From Chloroflexota bacterium (GTDB lineage: Bacteria > Chloroflexota > Dormibacteria > Dormibacterales > Dormibacteraceae): DNA of 64,000 nucleotides. This document shows, in pieces, positions 16,923 through 24,887 of the stretch (positions are counted from its first letter, which is position 1; every line of letters begins with the position of its first letter). Both the position numbers and the translations under genes were made by a program. The stretch covers positions 35,813 to 99,812 of the forward strand of contig VBFD01000109.1 in assembly GCA_005883585.1 (NCBI GenBank), read 5' to 3'. Under the pieces are notes generated by a model. It was not told the origin of the DNA, made no database searches, and worked only from the letters and a program-made list of their open reading frames with translations.

Positions 16923-17120
16923 CTAGGCGGTCTCGGGGCGGTTCGGCGCCAGGCTTCGCAGAGCACTTACGAGACGGCGTCGCAGCGGGCTCCACGCCGA
17001 ATCACGCTCCGAACGCCTCCGCTCGTAGCGCGGCGCATTGGAGTCGGCGCAGAGCTGGCAGCCGCATCCGTGCCCTGTGTCCGGGAGCCTATTGCCTTGC
17101 TTGTCGAACCTGGCTTGCAT
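16923..17120 (-). CDS. Possible minimal zinc-binding anti-sigma factor (65 aa, HxxxCxxC)
   Basis: Lies 56 nt downstream of the ECF sigma gene. Contains GHGCGCQLCAD, which fits the ZAS H-x3-C-x2-C signature. Otherwise Arg-rich, and it could be a non-coding shadow. Confidence 0.3.
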   Translation of the reverse strand: MQARFDKQGNRLPDTGHGCGCQLCADSNAPRYERRRSERDSAWSPLRRRLVSALRSLAPNRPETA

Positions 17121-17176
17121 CAGAACACCTCACGATCCGTGGGAGATCGGCTGGGCGGCCGGGGTTCGCTGGCGCC

Positions 17177-17779
17177 TCAGTCGGCTGTCGCCACCAGCCC
17201 GGGCTCGCCTACCACCTCGTCGCTGTAGTAGTGCCGCAGCATCACGCGCAGTCGATCCTTGGCGACTGCCAGCCGCGAGGCGACCGTGCGTTCTGGTATC
17301 CGCAGCGCCTGCGCGATCGCTCGGTTCGTGTAGCCGTGGTAGTGGCGGAGCACAATGGCCGCCGCTTGTTTCGGCGGCAGCTTGGCAAGCGCCTCGGCGA
17401 GGTCTCGCCGCTCGACGTGATCCTGCGGATCTGGGGCTAGCTCTGGGCGCCCGATGCGGCGAATGATCTCGCCCACCTCTCGGAGCCGCATCTTGCGCTG
17501 GTGTGAGACCGCGGCGTTGATCGCGATGCGGTGCACCCAGGCTTCCGCCGGAGCGATGGGCTTCCACGTGCTCCACTTCTTGTAGGCCCGCTCGAACGCA
17601 TCCTGGGCGCAATCCTCAGCCGCGGCCCGATCGCCGAGCATGGCGGTAAGCGTGCCGAGGATCTTGCCGTACGACGCCTGGTAGAGACGCTCGAAGTCAG
17701 CCTCGTCGCCTGGCTTGTATCTCGGCTTCAGTTCGCGCTCGTCGGCCGAATCGACCGGTTCCTGGAGTTTATTCAGCAT
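17177..17779 (-). CDS. ECF-type sigma-70 family RNA polymerase sigma factor
   Basis: Region 2 is AEDCAQDAFERAYKKW...WVHRIAINAAVSHQRK. Region 4 is AAIVLRHYHGYTNRAIAQALRIPERTVASRLAVAKDRL. The ORF opens at 17974, but the ATG at 17779 (MLNKLQEP) has an AAGGGGGTGA SD-like element upstream. Confidence 0.85.
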   Translation of the reverse strand: MLNKLQEPVDSADERELKPRYKPGDEADFERLYQASYGKILGTLTAMLGDRAAAEDCAQDAFERAYKKWSTWKPIAPAEAWVHRIAINAAVSHQRKMRLREVGEIIRRIGRPELAPDPQDHVERRDLAEALAKLPPKQAAAIVLRHYHGYTNRAIAQALRIPERTVASRLAVAKDRLRVMLRHYYSDEVVGEPGLVATAD

Positions 17780-17964
17780 CTGTCGCGAATCACCCCCTTG
17801 AAGCAGTGGGTGGCGCCCTAGCGCTTCCCCGCGCTTAATCTCACTCCAAGAGGCCCATCGGGTCACCGTACGGTTGGGCGGATTTTGGCTCACACAGTTG
17901 AGGTATGCCCGAATCAGGTTCGAGTTCAGGTAATGGGCTCTGCGCCCCGCGTTGTCCAAGAAGG

Positions 17965-19470
17965 ATGAGTCCAAGCTTTGGCGGTACTTTTGGCAGCCAG
18001 CAAGGCGATGTGCTCAGCGCGCTTGCTGCCGGACTGGCGGCGGACGCGGCGCAAACCGGCCGCAAAGCGCTGAAGGTGATCCGCGCCCGCTCGCCAGAGC
18101 TCGTGCGCTTGAGCGAGAAGACCGGAGACGACCTCATCTCGACCTCGGCAGACTACATCGACATCCTGCTGACTTCACTGCGATCCGATGTCGAGGTTCC
18201 GTGGTCCGACCGCGAGCAGCAAACGCGAGAGTTTGGACGCCTCAAAGCGGCGCAGGGCGTTCCACTCGAGGCCTTGATCGATCTGCTGGCCGTCTACCGC
18301 CGCGCGACCATTGAGCTCATCTCCCAGCCGATCGAGGACGCGACGCAGCGCGACGAGATCGTCGCGCTCGCGGAACACCGCCTCGAGGATGTGGTCGAAC
18401 GCCTCACGACCTGTGTCGTGCGTGGATACCTCGAACATCTCGATGCGGAACATCGCACCCGCGAGAACGAGCTGTATGGGCTCGCCGCGGTCGTGACCTC
18501 GATGGGCCGATCGCTCGATGTCGGCGAGACGTCGGAGGTGGCGCTGGTCGAGAGCCTGGCGGCCCTGCACCTGGACGCCGGCGCACTGTGGTTGAAAGAG
18601 CGAGCTGCCTTCAGGCTCGTCCACGTCTGCGGCCTCGAGCTGCAGGAGATCGATGACTTCACACGTGAGACAGGCCCGCATGTCAAGGCCTCTGTCACCG
18701 CCATCGGGCGCTCTGAGTCGCGCGTCGAGCGCGGTCTCGGTGACGGATGGAACGCGCTCCGCGCCCAGTTGAGGGTCAAGGGCCGGGTGGTCGGTGTGCT
18801 CACTGTCGGCACGAAGATGCCTCGTGTCTTCGGGGCCTCGGACCTGCTGTTCATGGCCGCCGTCGCAGACCAGGTCGCGATCGCGCTCGACCGCGCGCGC
18901 CAGTTCTCGAGTGAGGCTCGTACCGACCACCTGACCGGATTGGCCAACCGCCGCGAGTTCGAGAGGATCATGGAGCGAGAGGTTGCGCTGGCCGAGCGAC
19001 ACAACCGAAAGCTCTCCTTGATGTTGATCGACCTGGACAACCTGAAACGGATCAATGACCGCCAGGGGCACCGGGCCGGCGATGTCGCGCTCCGGCTCGT
19101 CGCCCAGCAGCTTCAGCGGGTGGTGCGTACGTCTGACATCTGCGCCCGCATTGGAGGAGACGAATTCGGGGTCGCGATGCCGGAAACGGAGCTCGAGCGT
19201 GCGCGGGACGTGGCTGCCCGGCTGCAGGCGGCGGTTGGCGAGGCAGGCCTGGCCGCGAGATCGGCCGATCGGGTTGCGGTCAGCATCGGATTGGGGGCCT
19301 GGCGACCGGGGCACGACTGGCAGGGGGTTTACGAAGCCGCGGACAGCGACCTTTATGAGGACAAACGACGCCATAAGGAGGCCCGGCTGCTGGCGGGCCA
19401 GCCGAGGCCTACGCCAAGCCTTCGGGTGCTGGGTCGCGCGTCCGGAAGGCGCCGCGTCGCCGGCAGTTAG
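17965..19470 (+). CDS. Diguanylate cyclase: N-terminal helical sensor region + GAF + GGDEF
   Basis: DHLTGLANRREFERIME...SLMLIDLDNLKRINDRQGHRAGD...RIGGDEFGVAMPE is an intact GGDEF active site. No RxxD I-site is obvious five residues upstream. Start is ATG 17965 (the ORF opens at 17905). Confidence 0.85.
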   Translation: MSPSFGGTFGSQQGDVLSALAAGLAADAAQTGRKALKVIRARSPELVRLSEKTGDDLISTSADYIDILLTSLRSDVEVPWSDREQQTREFGRLKAAQGVPLEALIDLLAVYRRATIELISQPIEDATQRDEIVALAEHRLEDVVERLTTCVVRGYLEHLDAEHRTRENELYGLAAVVTSMGRSLDVGETSEVALVESLAALHLDAGALWLKERAAFRLVHVCGLELQEIDDFTRETGPHVKASVTAIGRSESRVERGLGDGWNALRAQLRVKGRVVGVLTVGTKMPRVFGASDLLFMAAVADQVAIALDRARQFSSEARTDHLTGLANRREFERIMEREVALAERHNRKLSLMLIDLDNLKRINDRQGHRAGDVALRLVAQQLQRVVRTSDICARIGGDEFGVAMPETELERARDVAARLQAAVGEAGLAARSADRVAVSIGLGAWRPGHDWQGVYEAADSDLYEDKRRHKEARLLAGQPRPTPSLRVLGRASGRRRVAGS

Positions 19471-19473
19471 CGC

Positions 19474-20112
19474 CTACTCGATCAGCGCCAGCTCTCTCGC
19501 TTTGACGATCGCCTCGAGCTTGGAGTGGACCCCAAGCTTGCTGCCGAGGCTGCGGATGTGGGTGCGTACTGTCGTGTAGCTGATCCCAAGCCTGGCGGCG
19601 ATCTCACGGCTGGAGGTGCCCTCGGCCATCAGCCGCAGCACCTCCTTCTCGCGCGGGGTGAGGCTCTCGAGCTGCGAGTCCATCTCGCGACGCCGGTTGA
19701 GCAGCGTCGCGATCGTGCGCGGGGTGAACAGGGTTCCGCCGGCGGCGACTGTGCGGATGGCGTGCACAACCTCTGCCGCGGCCTGTGACTTGTGGATGAA
19801 CGCGCTCGCGCCGGCTTCGATCGCGGCGAAGCGGGCGGCGTCGCTGTCCTCACGCGTCAGGAAGATGAGCTTGGTATCGGGTCTGACCTGACGGATGCCC
19901 ACTCCAGCATCAGCCCCCGTGCCGTCGGTCAGGCGGAAGTCGACCAGGGCCACGTCCGGCTTCAGGTCCTGCGCCCGCGAGATTGAGTCCACCACCGAGG
20001 CAGCGCTGCCGACCACGATCATGTCCGGCTGATCGTTGAGCAGCGCGGAGAGTCCGTCCGCAACCACCTGGTGGTCCTCGACGATGAGGACACGAATCTG
20101 ACTTTCGGTCAC
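19474..20112 (-). CDS. NarL/FixJ-family response regulator (REC + LuxR-type HTH)
   Basis: IRVLIVEDHQVVADGL...PDVALVDFRLTDG...LTPREKEVLRLMAEGTSSREIAARLGISYTTVRTHIRSL. GTG start at 20112 overlaps the kinase stop (GTGA). Confidence 0.9.
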   Translation of the reverse strand: MTESQIRVLIVEDHQVVADGLSALLNDQPDMIVVGSAASVVDSISRAQDLKPDVALVDFRLTDGTGADAGVGIRQVRPDTKLIFLTREDSDAARFAAIEAGASAFIHKSQAAAEVVHAIRTVAAGGTLFTPRTIATLLNRRREMDSQLESLTPREKEVLRLMAEGTSSREIAARLGISYTTVRTHIRSLGSKLGVHSKLEAIVKARELALIE

Positions 20113-21869
20113 TCGGGGGACGGCACCCAGAACTCGACCCTGGTGCCGGCTCCCGGCTCGCTCGTGACCTCGCACCATCCACCTGCCAGCAGGGCGCGCT
20201 CCTGAAGAGCGAGGAGGCCAAGGTGTCCGGGCAGGTGGTCGCGATCGGCGACCACGAAACCGCGACCATTGTCGACGACCTGGCCCCGGATCCCGCCGTC
20301 GTCTTGACGCAGGGTGACCTGGACGCGGGTTGCCGCCGCGTGCTTCTCGACGTTGGTCAGCGCTTCCGACACCTGCCGGAAGACGATTGACTTGATCTCG
20401 ATCGGCTGGTCGTCGGGAACGTTGAAGTCGAGCTCGGCTTCGATCCCCGTGATACTGCGCATGATCGTGACTCGGTCTCTGATCGTGTCCTCAAATCCGC
20501 CCGGTACCTCAAGCGTGGGAGGCCGCACGTCGAACAAGACCTTGCGCAGGGCTTGTTCCGCCTGGTCGAGCAGCTCGCGAGCTGCTACCACCGGCGGCGC
20601 GAGCTGATCGCTTCGCTGCAGGTGCAGCTCGGCGCCGGTCAGCTTCTGCAAGGCGTCATCGTGCAGCTCGTTGGCGAAACGGCGGCGGGCCTCGTCGACT
20701 GCGGTCGTCATGTTCCTCAGGAGAAGCTGTCGCGCTTCGTCGACTCTCTGCAGCCGGTAGATGGTGCTGCTGAGGTCCGACTCCGCTCGCTTCAGCTGCC
20801 AAACCAGTCCTGCAGCCAGGCCGGCCATCTGGAGGACCCACGCATCCTCCATCGAGAAACCCTCGCGGTTGACGGCGTCATACGCGGCGACCAAGCCGAG
20901 CCGTTGGTCGCCGGCGCGCCACGGCACGCTGATCGCGCTCGAAACGCCGAGCACCTCGAGGACATGAGCGTGAGGCGAGTCACCGTCTTCGTTGGACGCC
21001 CTGAAGACCAGGTCTTGGTACACGACCTGGCTGGCGAGGTCGCTGCCGAAAGGCTCGGCGGGCGCTGGATACAGTCGGGCGATGAATGCTTCATCGATAC
21101 CATGGGCGCCGGGTATCGGGGTCAAGGTTCTGTTCTCGTTCACCTGCCAGAACAGCACCTTCGCGGCTCCGACCAGCGCAGCCACGCTCCTGGTGAGGTC
21201 GCGGTAGAAATCACTGAAGGCGGCTCCAGTCCGTGCGTGGTTGGAGACGGCGAGCAAGGCATCGAGGGCCAGCCCATGCGCCTTTTCGATCCGCAGGGCC
21301 GCCTGGGCGCGCGCCTCACCGAGGACCCGGTGCTGCTCGCTCCGATCGAGCTCGGCCCTCGTGTTGACCAAGGCTTCGACCAGCTCCTGCCTCCGCTGTT
21401 GCAAGAGATGCGTCTCCATGGCGGCTGCGACCTGGTTGACGAGGATGGCGATGCCCTGGCGCTGGACGACGGTGTAGACGCTGCCGCCGGCAACTCCCAT
21501 CATGCCGATGACCTTCCCGCTTGCCATCAAGGGCAGGCCGACGTAGTCGTTCAGGCCGTGATCCGGCACGAGTGGGGCCCTTCGCGCCGGCGTGGTGCTC
21601 TTGGCTGCGGCGGCGAACAGCTCGTCGATCTCCACGCGGGTCACGGAGGTCCCAGCCTCAGCGGCCCGGGAGAAGACCTCCTGACGTTTGCCGGCCTCGT
21701 CGACGAGGCCGATGAAAGCCACCGATGCCCCGGTCAAGTCGAGCGCGAGCCCCAGAGCCTTGTCTGCGAGCTCGGCGAGGTTCTGCGCGCCGGCCATGTC
21801 GGAGGACACCGTCTGAAATGCCTCGAGACGGTCCCAGACCGCGTCCTCTGAAATTCCTGTGGTCTCCAA
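20109..21869 (-). CDS. Sensor histidine kinase, tandem GAF + HisKA_3 + HATPase_c
   Basis: 586 aa with no TM segment. H-box ELHDDALQKLTGAELHLQ. ATPase motifs NVEKHAAATRV, DNGRGF and GHLGLLALQERALLAGG. Paralogue of 1191..2507. Confidence 0.9.
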   Translation of the reverse strand: METTGISEDAVWDRLEAFQTVSSDMAGAQNLAELADKALGLALDLTGASVAFIGLVDEAGKRQEVFSRAAEAGTSVTRVEIDELFAAAAKSTTPARRAPLVPDHGLNDYVGLPLMASGKVIGMMGVAGGSVYTVVQRQGIAILVNQVAAAMETHLLQQRRQELVEALVNTRAELDRSEQHRVLGEARAQAALRIEKAHGLALDALLAVSNHARTGAAFSDFYRDLTRSVAALVGAAKVLFWQVNENRTLTPIPGAHGIDEAFIARLYPAPAEPFGSDLASQVVYQDLVFRASNEDGDSPHAHVLEVLGVSSAISVPWRAGDQRLGLVAAYDAVNREGFSMEDAWVLQMAGLAAGLVWQLKRAESDLSSTIYRLQRVDEARQLLLRNMTTAVDEARRRFANELHDDALQKLTGAELHLQRSDQLAPPVVAARELLDQAEQALRKVLFDVRPPTLEVPGGFEDTIRDRVTIMRSITGIEAELDFNVPDDQPIEIKSIVFRQVSEALTNVEKHAAATRVQVTLRQDDGGIRGQVVDNGRGFVVADRDHLPGHLGLLALQERALLAGGWCEVTSEPGAGTRVEFWVPSPE

Positions 21870-21993
21870 TGTCAGGAGCCTACACTCACCCCGCGCCGAT
21901 TTTACTGACAGGGCTCACATTCGTGATGAGTTCGTCCGGTACTCGCGATGGGCACCGCGTTTCTGCAAGCAAAGGCCCTCGCTGGTTGCTTCA

Positions 21994-22308
21994 GTGAGGC
22001 CTCATGACGCGGAGCGAGATGCGCAAGGGCAGCCGGAGTTGAGTCAGGGACCTTTCGAGTTTGCGGGTGGCAATGTCTTTGAGCTCGCCCGCTTGAACCG
22101 AGCCATAGCGCAGCTCGCGAGACCGGCCCTCAGCGACGAGTGGCTGGCGCCTTTATCCCCCGCCGAACTCTTCGACCTCGGCGTGTTTGTGGGAAGTGCC
22201 GCGTCTCAAAGGAAGGAGCTCATCCAGCGGCTGTGGAGCCGCAAGCGACAGCTGATGCGCCATGTCGATCCGTCCGGAGGTTGGAGCCCACAGCAACCAG
22301 TAGCTTGA
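21994..22308 (+). CDS. Hypothetical small protein (104 aa), weak call
   Basis: In-frame GTG inside ORF 21859..22308. Sequence ...FELARLNRAIAQLARPALSDEWLAPLSPAELFDLGVF...RKELIQRLWSRKRQLMRH looks protein-like, but there is no family and no clear SD. Confidence 0.25.
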   Translation: MRPHDAERDAQGQPELSQGPFEFAGGNVFELARLNRAIAQLARPALSDEWLAPLSPAELFDLGVFVGSAASQRKELIQRLWSRKRQLMRHVDPSGGWSPQQPVA

Positions 22309-22381
22309 GAAGAGTGGTGAAGGTTAAATGAGAGCAGCGCTGAACGTTAGGGAACCGGTGAAAGTGAAAGGAGAGGGCGGC

Positions 22382-22780
22382 ATGGCGAGCGGTTTCAAGA
22401 CTTTTTTGCTCCGAGGCAACCTCGTCGACATGGCGGTCGGCATAGTCATCGGCATCGCCTTTGGCACTGTCGTCGTAGCGTTCGTCAAAGACCTGATCAC
22501 CCCGATCATCGCCGCGCTGTTCGGCAAGCCGGACTTCTCAGGGCTCTACTTCACCCTCAATCACAGCAAGTTCCTGATCGGCGACTTCATCAACGTGCTG
22601 ATCGCGTTCGTCATCATCGCGGCGGTCCTCTACTTCTTCGTCGTGTCTCCGTACGCAAAGTTCAAGGCTCGGTACGAGCCGGCGCCGGTTCCGGAGCCGG
22701 AGATGATGCAGTGCCCGCGGTGCCTGAGCAACATCCCGGCGCACGCCACCCGTTGCCTGTTCTGCACCACCGACCTCTAA
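22382..22780 (+). CDS. mscL: Large-conductance mechanosensitive channel MscL with C-terminal CxxC...CxxC zinc-ribbon-like tail
   Basis: MASGFKTFLLRGNLVDMAVGIVIGIAFGTVV...DLITPIIAALFG...FINVLIAFVIIAAVLYFFVV is the canonical MscL TM1/loop/TM2. SD GAAAGGAGAGGG precedes ATG 22382. Tail is EMMQCPRCLSNIPAHATRCLFCTTDL. Confidence 0.9.
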   Translation: MASGFKTFLLRGNLVDMAVGIVIGIAFGTVVVAFVKDLITPIIAALFGKPDFSGLYFTLNHSKFLIGDFINVLIAFVIIAAVLYFFVVSPYAKFKARYEPAPVPEPEMMQCPRCLSNIPAHATRCLFCTTDL

Positions 22781-23062
22781 CCGCCTCCAATACTCGGAAG
22801 GCTCGAGGCGTTTCGTAAGTAAGAATGGGGGCGAGGATACCGAGGCTGGCCAACGATGTCGTCAACGCCCGGCCAGTCGTCCGGCCGATTGTTGTGCTGG
22901 CCGCCAGGTTCCTCGGCCCTGGCCCCCTCCGCCTGAAGCTGGTCAAGCTGGCTCACGAGCTCGACGATCGTGAGACCCCAAGCGCCGCGGCTTAGGTAGC
23001 AGCAGACCCACTTCGGGGCTGGGGGATGGGTACTCCGTTTGCAGGAGGCGTTTCCCCTACAG

Positions 23063-23290
23063 ATGAATGACTTTGACCGGTTCCTGGAGTTGGGGTTGGC
23101 ACAGATGCTGGACGAGGTGGTGAAGGCACCCGCGCCCCCGCGGGCCTCGCCGCCCGGTCGGCACCCGGTGTTGAGGCTCTTCACCGCTCCGGGATCGTTG
23201 ATCGGCCCCGTCGCCAGCGTCGTGGTGCTCGTGGACGCACCGGTCGAGCGACGGTCGGAACCGCGCCCAGCACCTGCGATCGTTTCCTAA
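23063..23290 (+). CDS. Hypothetical small protein (75 aa), weak call
   Basis: MNDFDRFLELGLAQMLDEVVKAPAPPRASPPGRHP... An AGGAGG sits 14 nt upstream of the ATG (long spacing). Followed by a terminator-like hairpin at 23313..23337. Confidence 0.3.
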   Translation: MNDFDRFLELGLAQMLDEVVKAPAPPRASPPGRHPVLRLFTAPGSLIGPVASVVVLVDAPVERRSEPRPAPAIVS

Positions 23291-23312
23291 GCAACCCCTT
23301 CCTTCCTCTCGC

Positions 23313-23337
23313 GGGGCCGAGCCCTAGGTTCGGCCCC
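23313..23337 (+). terminator. 8-bp GC stem / 9-nt loop hairpin followed by a T-containing tract (ccattgtttg)
   Basis: ggggccga-gccctaggt-tcggcccc read directly. Located between the small ORF and ilvE. Confidence 0.35.
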
Positions 23338-23361
23338 CATTGTTTGCCTCAAACTTGAGTC

Positions 23362-24483
23362 GTGAGCGCCACCACGATTGGTATCAGCTTCAAGGTCCAG
23401 CCGGCGGCGCGGCGCCTGCCGGCGGCCGAGCGCGCGCACATCCTCGCCAACCCGGGATTCGGAAAAGTGTTCAGCGAGCATATGGCTGTCGCCAGATGGG
23501 ACCGCGCCCGCGGTTGGCATGACGCTGAGGTCCGTCCCTACGGACCGCTGTCGATGGATCCGGGAACCTCAGTCCTGCATTACGCGCAGGCGGTTTTCGA
23601 AGGCCTCAAGGCCTACCGGCAGCAGGACGGCCGGATCGCGGTCTTCCGCCCCGAAGCCAATGCAAGGCGATTCCAACGATCAGCTCGCAGGCTGGCGTTG
23701 CCCGAGCTCCCTGAAGCGGCCTTCGTCGAGGCCATCGACCTCGTCGTGGGTCTGGACGCCGACTGGGTGCCAGTCGAGGTCGAGCACAGCCTCTACCTCC
23801 GGCCGTTCATGTACGCGAGCGAGGTCAACCTCTCCGTGCATCCGTCGGATGAGGTCACGTTCGTGCTCATCGCCTCGCCCTCCGCTTCGTACTTTCCCTC
23901 CGGCGTCAAGCCGGTCACCGTATGGCTGTCGGAGGACTTCATCCGGGCCGCGCCGGGCGGAACCGGCGAGGCCAAGACAGGCGGCAACTATGCAGGCAGC
24001 CTGCTGGCGCAGGCGCAGGCGGCCCAGCAGGGCTGCGACCAGGTCGTCTGGCTCGATGCGATCGAGCACCACTGGGTTGAGGAGATGGGTGGCATGAACC
24101 TCTTCTTCGTCTTCGGCAGCGGAGCCAGGGCGAGACTGCTGACCCCGAACCTCACCGGCACCCTGCTGCCAGGCGTCACTCGAGACGCCTTGCTGTCGCT
24201 CGGCAAAGACCTCGGTTATGAGGTCGAGGAAGGTCGCATCAGCGTCGAACAGTGGCAAGCGGGCTGTGCCGACGGCTCCCTCACCGAAGTCTTCGCGTGC
24301 GGCACCGCCGCGGTCATCACGCCGGTCGGCGCGGTGAAGTCGGCGCGCGGGTCGTGGCCGGTTGGCAATGGGGAGCCAGGCGCGATCTCGATGCGGTTAC
24401 GCCAGGCGCTTGTCGACATCCAGCGTGGCGCGGCGCCCGACGTGCATCGCTGGATGCACCCGGTCCCGGTTAGGAACCTCTAG
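23362..24483 (+). CDS. ilvE: Branched-chain amino acid aminotransferase (class IV, long actinobacterial-type form)
   Basis: 373 aa. GFGKVFSEHMAVARWD, VLHYAQAVFEGLKAYR, YLRPFMYASE, GGTGEAKTGGNYAGSLLAQ and FACGTAAVITPV. Confidence 0.9.
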   Translation: MSATTIGISFKVQPAARRLPAAERAHILANPGFGKVFSEHMAVARWDRARGWHDAEVRPYGPLSMDPGTSVLHYAQAVFEGLKAYRQQDGRIAVFRPEANARRFQRSARRLALPELPEAAFVEAIDLVVGLDADWVPVEVEHSLYLRPFMYASEVNLSVHPSDEVTFVLIASPSASYFPSGVKPVTVWLSEDFIRAAPGGTGEAKTGGNYAGSLLAQAQAAQQGCDQVVWLDAIEHHWVEEMGGMNLFFVFGSGARARLLTPNLTGTLLPGVTRDALLSLGKDLGYEVEEGRISVEQWQAGCADGSLTEVFACGTAAVITPVGAVKSARGSWPVGNGEPGAISMRLRQALVDIQRGAAPDVHRWMHPVPVRNL

Positions 24484-24887
24484 AGCGCCCTCATCCGGTT
24501 GTTCTTCGGATTGTGCTCGACCTCGGCCAGGCCGAGCGTCTCGAGCAGTGGCGGCATGTACATCCCGAAACGTCCCCGATAGCCCTTCCTCAATCCGTAC
24601 CACCCACCGACGGGGTTCTTGGATGAGCGGCCCCAGGCCTCGACAGTCCCCTCGGCGGCGGGCTTCTGCTCGTCCGCGCTCCCAAGGAGCACCCAGCCGC
24701 CGTTTGCCTTGAGCATCTTGTGGAGGTCTTCGATCGCGCGCGCTTGATAACGCAGCTCGGTCTGGCCGACAGTGCACACGAGCGCGGGCGGACTGACTGA
24801 TTCGTCCTTGTACATCTGGTACTCGGACGACCCGCTGGGGGTCGTCAGCTGCCAGGGCGACTGCTTGGTGCCGCTACCCTTTGCCAT
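24480..24887 (-). CDS. Conserved small protein of unknown function (135 aa)
   Basis: MAKGSGTKQSPWQLTTPSGSSEYQMYKDES...RAIEDLHKMLKANGGWVLLGSADEQKPAAEGTVEAWGRS..NPVGGWYGLRKGYRGRFGMYMPPLLETLGLAEVEHNPKNNRMRAL. I recall this as a widespread uncharacterised family and am not certain of its DUF number. It overlaps the upstream peptidase gene by 14 nt. Confidence 0.6.
   Translation of the reverse strand: MAKGSGTKQSPWQLTTPSGSSEYQMYKDESVSPPALVCTVGQTELRYQARAIEDLHKMLKANGGWVLLGSADEQKPAAEGTVEAWGRSSKNPVGGWYGLRKGYRGRFGMYMPPLLETLGLAEVEHNPKNNRMRAL

Noticed and set aside
18175-19374. 399-aa and 253-aa minus-strand ORFs opposite the diguanylate cyclase
   Set aside because: Antisense shadows. The + strand carries intact GAF and GGDEF motifs.
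20553-21851. 432-aa + strand ORF
   Set aside because: Antisense to the tandem-GAF histidine kinase.
22777-23184. 135-aa minus-strand ORF between mscL and ilvE
   Set aside because: It has no SD, an odd composition (PGGEARGGAGAF..., NNRPDDWPG) and overlaps the competing + ORF. It is kept only as part of the low-confidence-region finding.
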